Assembly: GCF_006345805.1 (NCBI RefSeq)
Contig: NC_043002.1
Coordinates: forward strand, 53,072,001 to 53,136,000
Source: Octopus sinensis
Lineage: Eukaryota
Length of the DNA stretch: 64,000 nt
Direction of reading: 5' to 3'
The notes below the pieces were generated by a model that made no database searches, was not told the origin of the DNA, and saw only the letters and a program-made list of their open reading frames with translations. Below, one piece after another: positions 13,466-25,139 of the stretch. Both the position numbers and the translations under genes were made by a program. The stretch's first letter is position 1; every line of letters starts with the position of its first letter.

Positions 13466-13650
13466 AAGGTAGCAAGCTGGCAGAATCATAAGCACGTTGG
13501 GCAAAATGCTTAGTAGCATTTTCTTTGTCTGCACATTCTGAGTTCAAATTCTGATGAGGTTGACTTTGCCTTTCATCATTTTGGGGTTGATAAAATAAGT
13601 ACCGGTTGAGCACTGGAGTCAATGTAATTGTACCAAAATTTGAAGCCATT
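13466..13650 (+). mobile_element. tRNA-derived SINE family C
   Basis: gcaagctggcagaatc...ttctgagttcaaattc...tttgcctttcatc. Confidence 0.8.
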
Positions 13651-13687
13651 ATCACCTTGACTCAAGCTTTGTGAATGAAACTGGAAA

Positions 13688-13922
13688 AGGCGGCGAGCTG
13701 GCAGAAACATTAGCACGCTGGGCAAAATGCTTAGCGGTATTTCATCTGCTGCTATGTTCTGAGTTCAAATTCCACCAAGGTCAACTTTGCCTTTCATCCT
13801 TTCAGGGTTGATTAAATAAGTACCAGTTACGCACTGGGGTCGATATAATCGACTTAATCCGTTTGTCTGTCCTTGTTTGTCCCCTCTGTGTGTAGCGCCT
13901 TGTGGGGCAGTAAAGAAATAAG
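13688..13922 (+). mobile_element. SINE family C, full length, relatively young
   Basis: aggcggcgagctggcagaaac...gagttcaaattcc...cagtaaagaaata; matches 49360 (+) and 23092 (-). Confidence 0.9.
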
Positions 13923-14673
13923 AATGAAACAGGGTATGTGAAAACTCTGATGAAGCCCACTGAACAGACGATAGTTATAATTCAAATGGTACTGCATTGT
14001 CACACATTGTGTCACGCTGAGTCTACCAAAGGATTACATTCACACTACATGTGACTCTGAGATACTCAGCCACTTACATATTAATTCAATTAAGCAGATA
14101 ATGCAGTTGATTCAACAGCTGAGTCCTCATCGCTGAAACTGATGGAGATCCATTTACTCAGAAAATTAAAACAGCTGGGTGGATAAGGCACAGGACTAGT
14201 AATTCATAGGTTATCAGTTCAAACATAAAGTGAGCATACAAGTAAATACATTAGCAATTCTAAATAGAACATTTTATTCTTCATTGTCATCACTTCACAT
14301 ATTTGGCAGGTGGGCATGGGAAGTCTACCTACAATTTTCTCCCTACCAGAGCAAAGGAGATGGCAAGTATATTTGTCATAATGTAACAGAGCCAAAACTA
14401 AAAGCATTTATTATATAAAGTATTCTGATTGTTGTGGCTAGGTCTTTCATAAAAATATATTGTATATTTGCTACCAGAATAAATATTATTTATAATATTT
14501 AATCAACAACCACGAGTCTGACAAACTATACTTTGTCAGAATTACAGTTATTGATTACATATCTTTACTCACAAACTTTCTGTTTTGAGTACTTTATTTT
14601 AAATGACCTGACAGTGTTCTGTTGAACCCATCATCTTTGTGTATGCTATTATTCATATTTTTCAATGAGTGTT

Positions 14674-14715
<42 letters not shown>

Positions 14716-15127
14716 CATATTAGAGCAGTATTTTACAAAAAGATTTTACACACATAACTGCGCATATCAAAGCAATTTTTTAGGATTACAAAGCTTCTTT
14801 CAAAAGTTACTGATCTACTGACAGCATGGTTATGTATTCAACTGAGAAACACTGTTGTGAACGTTTCTCTTGAATAGCTGCGAGTTGATAGGTGCAGAAA
14901 AAACTAAGCACTGTGGTTAACATAGAGATAAACCCTGAGAGAGTGGATGGCAATGTTGGTGAGAAAGGAGTGACAAGTGAGTTGGGGAAGCCTGAAAAGA
15001 AGTAGCCTGAGATCAAACAACTCTGAGATACAGAGGCCACTTTAATTAACAGCACCAACATAGAAGTTCAAGATGGTAATGGTAGTACTATATTAATTTA
15101 ATAAATAACTTTTATTTCTTTCATAAT

Positions 15128-15340
15128 TTAACCCTTTTAATATCAACCAACATGAAACCATCCTTTGTTTCTATGACACAAATTTCATTCTAAAGTGATC
15201 TAAATTTAAACTTCCCATCAAGATTCCATGTTAATTTATGTTCCAAACACAGCACAGAAATGACAAAATTATTTTATTAAATTCTTCATTACTTTTAAAA
15301 ATAAACTGAAACAAAGTTGATGTTTTACTTTAAATTTAAT
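15128..15340. mobile_element. TTAA-type MITE, degenerate
   Basis: ttaacccttt start; similar to the 2766 copy. Confidence 0.55.
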
Positions 15341-15599
15341 GTTAAAATTTTGAAAAGAAAACACACAACTTACATATCAACAGATATGAGATTTGACAAA
15401 GATTTCAACAACAATCAGATAAAATTGCAAAGTTCACATTTTGCGAACCTCTCATTCGATAACATCAATCCATTTGCTAAGTACATTATTGATTGAGAAG
15501 TTTGAAATGAATAACATTTAACAACATATCAAAGCAAAACTACCAAAGTTCTACTAAGACAATAACAATATAATAATAGAATAGATTCCTTTTGTCAAG

Positions 15600-15880
15600 A
15601 TACGCATACTCACTATGTCAACACCAGCATTTAACATCATGATAAAACTTCAGTTGCCTAACTTTCTTGTTTATCCAGCTTACATCTGAAGCCATTAATG
15701 GAAAAGGAATTAACAACTCACTTTACTTAGTTATTCCTTTCATTGACTTCTCAAAACAAGTAGACTGTCTCTGCGTATTTGATGCTACAGAAAATTGCTT
15801 CAGCATTTCATATCAGCGCTCCCTTGAGTTATGGTTATTTTAGATTTGATCAAATAGAGTGATATGATATTTCATAAACC
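15600..15880 (+). pseudogene. Highly decayed non-LTR RT fragment
   Basis: SLYLVIPFIDFSKQVD (FIDFSK at 15739-15756) resembles the RT motif FIDFSKAFD; frameshifts and stops. Confidence 0.4.
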
Positions 15881-16758
15881 AAATAGATGTGCTTTGTTAA
15901 TACTCACTTTAGCAACTAAGATACTGATTATTTTTAGACAAGGCATGAAGAAAAAAAATTTTTTTTTCTTTTTCAAGGTGAAAAGAATAATTAACTAAAT
16001 TGACTTTAATATATTGCTGACACTCATTTTATTAACCACCAGTAGAATGAAAGGCTAAGTTGTCTCCTGATGGACCTTAACTGAGACAGTGGAGGGGGAT
16101 AAAAACTAAATGTTGTAAAGCATTAAGCATGGTGTTCCAATATGCTGCTAAACATTTATTCTGACCTCAATTTAGAAAATTTATTTATTCAATCACATGA
16201 ATTTTAAAAACAAAGTTCAGATTCCATTCATGAAAACATGATAAAGGAGCAGAAGTAAACACTTTGGAATGACTGATGGTGAAAAGAAAACTGATGTACA
16301 CAAGTAACATCACTGAAATTTGTACATTTTTTCCATGGGGACATGGGTGAACTGGGACATTATGGTTTGTATTATCTTGCACACTCAGCAACAGAGATAA
16401 AAAAAAAATACCCAGTGTTGATTGAACCTGTCTCATCATGCCACTGGAACTAGAGAAGTTATCCAATTCAGGAAGTATTAAATAGTCCCCTCAATCTTGC
16501 ATCGGTTCTTATCTAGAGTTACAGTTCACCTAGATGAGTAGCTTGCGATGTAGCTTGCAGAGTCCACATCTTGTGCATTCCATTCTTGCATGGTTACCAT
16601 GGGTGGATTTCTTTCATGCCACTAATCACTTCATAACATGTGCCGAGTGCATTTTATCATGCCATTGCACTAAAAAGCTTATGAGGAGGATTAAATCCCA
16701 CTCTATGTTAGTTTTTACTCACAGTTACTGGCATCTAAAACAAGTGGGTTTTTTTTTC

Positions 16759-16963
16759 ATATCACTAAACTAAAAGAGGTTTTACTGATAATTTCTCCAT
16801 CACACTAGAAACTTTTTTTGAGGTGGAAAAAAAAAATAACTGAAGAGTAAATAATAGCAGAGTTGATATGTTCAATATGCATGCGAATTTTCCTCCACCT
16901 CAAACAAAAGTTCCTAGTATGAAGGAGAAATTGTCCATAAAAACCCTATAAGTTTAGTGATAT
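16759..16963. mobile_element. Foldback/MITE with ~70-bp terminal inverted repeats
   Basis: Arms 16759-16827 and 16894-16963, about 59/69 complementary with one gap. Confidence 0.8.
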
Positions 16964-16971
16964 ACATACAT

Positions 16972-17401
16972 ATATATTTTTATTAAAGTCAAAAAAATCT
17001 TCACAAACTGTTACACAAACAGTAACATGAAACTGAGTAACAGTTTGTGAACATTTTTTTGACTTTAATAAAAGTATATTACTCTACCTTCAATATTCGA
17101 GTACCGTTTTCCCCACCTTGTTTTGCATTTATGTGATTACTTGTATACATACATAATTACATAGTATATATATACCGGAGTAAGCACATAAATGTGAAAC
17201 AAAGTGGAAAAAAGAGTACTCAAATACCAGAGGTAGAGTAATATGCTTTAAACAAAAATGTCAAATGAACGGGAATGTGAAACTCTGAGCAACAGCTTTT
17301 GTTATATTTCTGCTAGTAATGAACCGGTTATAACTATTTTTCTCTAAATAATCTACTGCTCTATAACTTAGAGTGTGTTTCTCTTTCAGATTTATGGTTT
17401 A

Positions 17402-17441
<40 letters not shown>

Positions 17442-17868
17442 ATATATATATATATATATTGTTTTGGGATTTGGTTTGCAAGATTCTTTATGTGAGTTCG
17501 TGTGTTGAAGCATATTTTGTTGTGTCTGGGGAGAGTCATTCTCTTATAGTGCCTTGTTATTTAACATACTCACTGGTTCAGTTTCCACTCATTTACTTAT
17601 TTATTTTGTGTGTTAAATAATAAGATAGTAAAAGAGAATGACTCTCTGCAGACACAACAATATATATATATATAGTTGGAATTTACAAAACAATAAACAA
17701 AACATGAAGATGGGTGTGTAAACAACAAACAGATGTATTAGTTTAACACTCGAGAAGTGAGAAAGTCTTTTACGTTTCGAGCCTATGCTCTTCAACAGAA
17801 AGGAACACAGAAATAAACAGAGACAGAAAATAAAAATGAGTTTAGTGGCTAGCGATCAATCATGGCGA
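16972..17868. mobile_element. Penelope-like terminal-repeat composite with nested inverted repeats
   Basis: Three inverted-repeat pairs plus a cgtttcgagc hammerhead-like motif; same modules recur at 24382 and 38412; family assignment inferred from this architecture. Confidence 0.55.
17767..17802 (-). ncRNA. Minimal type I hammerhead-ribozyme-like motif (degenerate core)
   Basis: Minus strand: cttt-CTGtTGA-a-gagc-atag-gctc-GAAA-c-gtA-aaag; stems I and II pair, stem III is the palindrome ACGT; A6 is replaced by T. Confidence 0.5.
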
Positions 17869-18237
17869 AATATATACATACACATATATATATATATAAT
17901 ATAGACCTATGCGTTGAACACCACACATTTCTGAATGATCAAACCCGAGACATAACACTACAAAGTCTACAGTAAGTTTGAATACTTAGAGCGGGAAGAG
18001 GTCCTGTTTATGTAAATTGAACTTATGACTTATTCCATCAGTTAGTTTTAACAAATGATACAGGAGTAATCACTCTGCGAGCACTGAGATATGAAGATAT
18101 AAATCAAGCAAAATGAACAAAAAAATCACTGTGGACATGCTACCCTGTTAAGTTAAAAAATATTTTCAAAGAACTCAGATGTATGATGAAAAAGCAAAAA
18201 ATCCTGACATAGTATATGAGGTGTATAATAAATAAAA

Positions 18238-18351
18238 ATGTTATATCTATCTTGTTATCTATCTTCTGAAGCTTGTTGTGCTATATGTAATATATATAGA
18301 TATATATTAGGCTCATGATCCAGAAGATAGCTAACTAGATAGATATAACAT
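18238..18351. repeat. Inverted repeat with 29-31-bp arms
   Basis: 18240-18268 vs 18321-18349, 27/29 complementary. Confidence 0.85.
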
Positions 18352-18775
18352 ATGCAGATATATATAAAGTCATGATGTCAGTGATTTATCAGATCCTGGC
18401 AATCAAACATAATTGTGATATCAAAATAGTATTTCTATACACACACACACACCGAACAAAATGTTTATAATTATGCTATTGAATATAATAATAAAAGCAT
18501 CCAGTAGATATATTTGATGCTATAATGACTCACATTTTTATCTTCTAAAATGAATTTTTGTATGCCATCTTAAGATTTCATCTTCTTGATTTATTTCCAT
18601 TAAAACATAGAATTATTTCTTTTAAATACTAACACAAGTATACAACTTGCTAAAAGAGTGGATAAATTGACTGAATTTCCCCAGTAGATGTCTTGGAAAA
18701 TTTATTCTATCAGCCCCCATAGAAAAGAGATATAAAAGTTAGCCCAGGTAGTATTTGAACACATCACACAGATGA

Positions 18776-19003
18776 TTAACCCTTTAGCATTCAAATTATT
18801 CTGTCAAATGTAATGCTTATTTATTCACATTGTTTTAAATTCATTATGCATTTATCTCATAGCTTTGAGATTTCAATAATGTGATGCATAATTTTTGAAT
18901 GACATTGTAGGGTAGATGTGAGAGACTGGATCTGGCTAGTTTGAACATAAAATAGATAGAACATTCAGACCAGATATAGCTGGTTTAAATGCTAAAGGGT
19001 TAA
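18776..19003. mobile_element. Complete TTAA-flanked MITE
   Basis: ttaa-ccctttagcatt ... aatgctaaaggg-ttaa terminal inverted repeats. Confidence 0.9.
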
Positions 19004-20480
19004 GATGGATGCTGTAGTTATGTTTACGTCACTGTTATCAACAGAACATTTTCTGGTAAATTCAGTTCATGTTATCTGTTAAGGTGGCAGGATTGTGATT
19101 CAAGCAAAATTTGGCTGCTATTTCTAGTAAATCCAATGATCCTCTTCTTCACTGGGTTACATATGGTGTTGATATACAAGGAAATAGATAGCTTTTTCTA
19201 CTTGTATAAATATTAACAGCACTCCTTGATCCTTGTGTGATTTTAACAGAGATCAGAGTTGTAAGCATTCATACTAGTGCCAGATTCTTCTTCCACATGT
19301 TTTTTCTTGTAGTTCTTCAAGCTGGGCTTGAATATTACAAATTATCTCCAATAACTAAGAAATGATTCTAGAGATGAAACATGTTCTAATTTAGACTATT
19401 GAATTCATACAAATAATGGAAAATGTTTTGTTTGTTTGTATGTATGAATGAATGGATGGATGGCAGATTTTAATTTTCAAAGCCAAATCTGGAGTCAATC
19501 ATAAGAGAATTTGATGCTATCAAGAAAGGTAAGAACGGAATTTCATTATGGCCCCACATCAAACAGTTGCATATGAAATCCTGAATGGGTACCAACCTCT
19601 ACCTTTTTTTACCAAGTAGTTTTATAAACACGCAGGTTTAATTCATTACAACAATTATCAAAGTGAGACAGTAACTAAATGGAAATGTAAACTTTTCAAA
19701 AGATATTTACAAACAATGTGTCTTCGTCTTCATTCACAGAAGTGAAAAGAAACTTAAGAAAGAAAATGTCTGCAGTCTGATCTAATCTGAAGTGTGAGTG
19801 TGTGTGTGTGTGCATGTTTTCAGGTATGGATGCATATGATAGTAGACATATACATGTGTGTACATGTGCAAATAACTATTTGTGTGTACCTATGTAAAGA
19901 ACTTGATTGCTTGTGGAGTTATGTGCGGAATAGCATGTGTTGAAGTCAAAACCATTTTTATGTAGGTCAAACAACAAAAGCTAAAGAAAAGCAGCAAATG
20001 CGAAAGAAGTTTCCATTTTTTAAAAAAAATGGTGCTTTTTAAAGAAAAATCTCTAACAGCCAAGACAGAAAGTGAATAAATGTTTTTTTTTTTTAATTTC
20101 TTTATTTCGAGAAGTGCGGACTGTTTTCTATGATCTCAAATGTTATCAGTTGCTTATTTATAATATATTTAAAGGTAGATTTTGTACAGTAAACACTGAT
20201 GTAGGAGTGGTCCATTTTATTATCTTGGCAAACAGGGATGAATAATACATGCACCCTCCGACAGGCACAATACAGTGCATGAAGAATTATTTTAACTTCA
20301 CATCTTTGTATTCAATAAACCAGCAGCACTTCAATTTTTCATTATTTAGTAGTTTGGGGAAAAAAGACCAAAAGAATACGTATCAGACTTTTAAAAAAAA
20401 CAAAAAAAAGGTACTGTAAGTTAAAAATCCCATCAAGAATTAACTCAAAGTTGGAAGACTTTTGGGGTATTTTTAAAAAA

Positions 20481-20867
20481 TTGTTTTAGTCATTAGGCTG
20501 CAACCATGTGTGGGCACTTCCTTGGAGGGATTTTAGTTGAGCAAATCAACCCCAGCACCTATTTTTTTCTTTTTAAGACTATTAATTATTGTATCTATCT
20601 CTTTTACTGAACCACTAAGTTATAGGGATGTAAACGAACCAATACTGGTGGTCAAGTGGCAGTGATGAGGCAAACACAAACACACTCATAGACAGACATA
20701 TATACACACACTAACACACAGCTTCTACTTAACAAATAGAATCACAAGGCATTGGTTGACCCAGGGCTACAGCAGAAGGCACTTGCCCAAGGTGCCATAT
20801 AATGGGTCTGAAGCTGAAACTATGTGGTTGCAAAGTGAGGTTCTTAACCATACAGCCATGCCTGTAC
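20481..20867 (-). mobile_element. SINE family A
   Basis: Reverse complement of head, core and tail. Confidence 0.8.
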
Positions 20868-21540
20868 ACATGGTAGTGGAATAGTTACCCAAATCAACCT
20901 CGGAAAACCATGAGGTTTATAATACGGAGAGATGTACCATTTTGGCATAAAAGAGCAACAACATCTAACAGTCTAAAATAAATCTATATGGTAAACCCAT
21001 ATTTGGGGCATATTTCAGATTTTGATATACACTGATATACTGAGACAATAATAAATTCTTAATAAGCCATTAGGAATTTTTTTTTTACAGTAATTATGAC
21101 AGATCAGAACTTTAGATGAAGGAAAATTGTTAATATGTTGTTTTTGTTTTTATAATTAATACCAATATAAGCTAAGTACTTAGTAATGAAAATATAAATA
21201 GCAATGCTGATAACAATAGTTTACCAAGGCAAACTGCTAAATAGCAAAATTCCAATAGTGAAATCATTGGAAAAAAATATAATTAAACTAAGGCAAAATG
21301 ATTAATGAGTAAAACAATTAATAATTGAGATCTGACAGAGTAGTCTGAGTCCACTGTGAGCCAAATATTGACACTTGATTAGCATAAAATTCAATGATGT
21401 TCAGAGAATATAATTATTAGGATAGATAGGTGCTAACTTTACAAGCAGTACTTTTACTGCTGACAAATCTTGTCAGTTAAATAATGGCTTGAAGTGATTT
21501 GAAGAGCCTGGGGGAACATGATAATTACATATCACATTTA

Positions 21541-21800
21541 TCATTATCATCATCATTTAACATCCATTTGGCAAGGGTTGGACAAATTTGATGGATTCAA
21601 GGACTGCATAACTCTCCACTTCCTACCTTGCCATGGTAACTACAGCCAGATACCCTTTCTAATGTCAACCACTATACAGTATAGCTAGATGCCTAACCTA
21701 ATCCCAACAACTTTCAGCTTGTATTAGGTAATTTTTTTGTGTGTACCATCAGCACTAGTGAGGTCATCATGCAGCTTGCAAGACTACAACAACCCCTAAG
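21541..21800 (-). mobile_element. Family B fragment
   Basis: (atc)n-tttaacatcc 3' tail on the minus strand. Confidence 0.65.
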
Positions 21801-21880
21801 AGAGTTTGTTTTAAGTCAGAAGATGAGGGGTTAAATTTTGAGAGAAGGGGCCAAAGCTAAACAAGTTTCTTACTAATACA

Positions 21881-22461
21881 CACACACATACCACAAGCTT
21901 CTTTCAGTTTCAGACTACCAAATCCATTCACAAGGCATTGGTCAGCCAGAGACTATAGTAGATGGTATTTGCTTATGGTTTCACTTGGCTTGACAGGTCT
22001 AGCCAAATGAAACCAGAGTCACGACCGATGCAGGTGTCACATCACAGGCACCTGTACCAGTGGCACACAAAAAGCACTCTTCAAATGTTGACCCACACGG
22101 AGGTGATAAGTGACAGAGATCTTTGGCGATATGTCATGCTTGAGAAGACTGTCAAACCAAGTGAAATTGTAGTTATGGCCGATGCCAGTGTTGCATAACT
22201 GGCACCCATGACAGTGGAATGTAAAAAGCACCGATTACACTCTTGGAATGGTTGGCGTTAGGAAGGTCATCCAGTCGTAGAAACCATGTCAAACCAGATT
22301 GGAACTTGGTGTAGCCCTGCAGCATACCAGTTTCAGTTAAACCGCCTAACCCATGCCAGCATGGAAAGCAGACACTAAATGATGATGATGTGCCATACAC
22401 TAAACCTGAAATTATGTGGTTGGGTATCTAACTTCTTAATTAGACAGCCACACTTGTGCCT
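21881..22461 (-). mobile_element. SINE family A interrupted by a family B insertion
   Basis: Family A halves at ~21881-21972 and ~22391-22461 flank a + strand family B element. Confidence 0.75.
21973..22390 (+). mobile_element. Family B (RTE-tail) element
   Basis: Encodes EVISDRDLWRYVMLEKT (RTE C-terminus); ends agcagacactaaat(gat)n. Confidence 0.85.
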
Positions 22462-22810
22462 ATATATAATATCACAGATAATAGAGGTGAGGTGAAATGA
22501 GAGATTAGATGTTTATTCCATTCATTTACAGTTGTTTCATAATCTTGTTACTTATATAATAGCTGTGGGTAAGTTAGTATACTCAAACATAGAAGGGTGT
22601 TGATATGAGCACCAACAGACTAATCCTCGGAATGATTGATTGTAGCTGAAAACTACAACTACTGCAGAGAGTAAGCTGACTCCAGATATATCCACAAGCA
22701 ATAGATGTACTCAGCATTTTGCCATTTGTGATTTACTTTAAGGGGGCAATGGCCATAGAACCTTACAATTCAGAGGGAAAAGCAATAAATATTCACAGTA
22801 TAGTCAAAAT

Positions 22811-23070
22811 GTGGAGGGGTGTGGCTTAGCGGTTAGGGTGTCACTATCATGATCGTAAGATTGTGGCTTCGATTCCTGGACTGGGCGATGCGTTGTGTTC
22901 TAGAGCAAAACACTTCATTTCACATTGCTCCAGTCAACTCAGCTGGCAAAAATGAGTAACGCTGCGATGGACTGGCGTCCTGTCTAGTTGGGGAACACAT
23001 ACGCCATTGAAACTGGGAAACTGGGCCCATGAGTCTAGCTAAGCTTTAAAAGGGCGCATTTATTTATTTT
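22811..23070 (+). mobile_element. tRNA-derived SINE family D
   Basis: A box tggcttagcgg, B box ggcttcgattcc; related minus-strand copy at ~25870-26270. Confidence 0.75.
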
Positions 23071-23091
23071 CATAGTCAAAATACCTTTACC

Positions 23092-23323
23092 TATTTCTTT
23101 ACTATCCACAAGGGGCTAAATACAGAGGGGACAAACAAGGACAGACATATGGATTAAGTTGATTACATCGACACCAGTGCGTAACTGGTACTTATTTAAT
23201 CGACTCCAAAAGGATGAAAGGCAAAGTCGACCTCGGCAGAATTTGAACTCAGAACGTAACGGCAGACGAAATACTGCAAAGCACTTTGCCCGGTGTGCTA
23301 ATGCTTCTGCCAGCTCGCCGCCC
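23092..23323 (-). mobile_element. SINE family C, full length
   Basis: Reverse complement of 13688-13922. Confidence 0.9.
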
Positions 23324-24381
23324 TATCTCAACTACAGTTGTTCTTATTAGCTATACACTTGGTGATTCTTTGAATCCCTATTATTACTATATACACACAT
23401 ACACACACTGTAAGTTGTTCATCACCCTTCCATAAACCAATGAAGTACATCAACCATGGAAAGCATGCATATTAAGCTAACTTTGGTTAGCTTTATCATT
23501 GTACAAACTATATACAGCTAAGTGAGCTTTAGTCACACTCATCAATTATGAAGTCCTGCTACTTTATCACTCTCACCATTCAACTTGCAATTAATTAGAA
23601 ACTCTTAATTACATTCTCCAAGAACACAAACACATCATAATGTCTGGTATGAATGCTCACAGAGTTTAGGGGGCAATACCCAATCACATCATTCGTTGTT
23701 ACTAAGGAGCGCCCAAGTTTCACAATTTTAGTGATACAAAAACCAGTTATAAGTATTCAAACTATTTTTGTGTTTTATTTAAATACTCATGAGTTATTGA
23801 TTTCTCAGATACATTGCTTGATTCATTCATACTTCACAGCTATGAGCTAAATGTACCAGCAGAATTAAGACGGAGAATCAATAATGCATCCTGTTCTTTA
23901 TCATGATGAATGAACACCATATGCTGCTGATTAAAATAGTGGCAAATCAATTGCATATATTACATTGTTATATACAAATAACATGTGACCAGCTTCTGGT
24001 GTGGTTGTGTATAGAGACAGCAGCAGAGTCACAACATATAACATAAAACTGTTAAAAACAACAGGATATCACAGAATTATCTCTCTCCTCAAACACACGC
24101 TTGCATACACATACAAACACACATTTTCTTTCTCTCTCATAAACACATATGTGTATATATATATGACTATGTGTATGCAAAATGTATTCATGTATGTATA
24201 TGTGTGAGTATGAGTATATGCATAAGTGTGGAATTCTCAGTCACTTGCACTATACAATAGAATGGGTAGGCAGTTTATAATACATACATACATACATATA
24301 TTTATACACACACATGTATATAATATATACATGTATTTTATAGAAATATGAATATATATAAATGTGTGTGTGTGTGTATTA

Positions 24382-24619
24382 TGTTTTGTCTGGGGAGAGT
24401 CATTTTCTTTTTGTACTTTATAATATAACACACTCACCAGTAAAATTTCCACTTGTTTCTTATTTTTAGGAAAATAAAAATAAAGAAGTGGAAATTTTAC
24501 CAGTGAGTGTGTTACATTATAAGACACAAAAAGAAAATGACTCTCCTCAGACACAACAGAATATGCTTCAACACACGAACTCATATATTTGCAAGATTCT
24601 TAATCTTGCAAACCAAGTC

Positions 24620-24620
<1 letters not shown>
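24382..24620. mobile_element. Penelope-like tail-to-tail inverted terminal repeat
   Basis: 73-bp arms 24382-24454 and 24486-24558, 65/73 complementary; same module as 17517-17660. Confidence 0.7.
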
Positions 24621-24668
<48 letters not shown>

Positions 24669-25139
24669 ATATACACCCTCACATACACATATGCATGTAT
24701 TATAGTGATAGGTGTCTGTTGTTCAATGATGAATGTTCACTTATCTGATTAAATGAATTGTCTGCTCATGAATTAATGTGTAACAGCTGAGCATTTCACA
24801 CACGCAAGCACCCTTAATGTAATTCTCATACAGAATCAGTATGTATACTGTGTGACAAGGCTGTACCTTTGAATCAGAAGTACAATCCACCCAATGATCT
24901 CCTATACAGTTTATGTCTACCCAATTTTACTCAATAGCAATGAGTTCACAGAAAATAACATCATCCAAGACACCTTGCTATGAGATTGAACCCAAGACCT
25001 TGTGACTGAGTGGTTGAGAAACTATATCTATAGTATACATCATACTGCCAGACACCCTTCCTATCACCAGTGCTCACCTGTTTCTAGGCAAAGGTAATAT
25101 TTCCCCATGCATGTGTACACACACATATATATATAAGCA

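Noticed and set aside
22811-22880. tRNA-like sequences (also 39327 and all family A/C heads)
   Set aside because: A/B boxes only; no cloverleaf or acceptor stem, and they continue into SINE bodies
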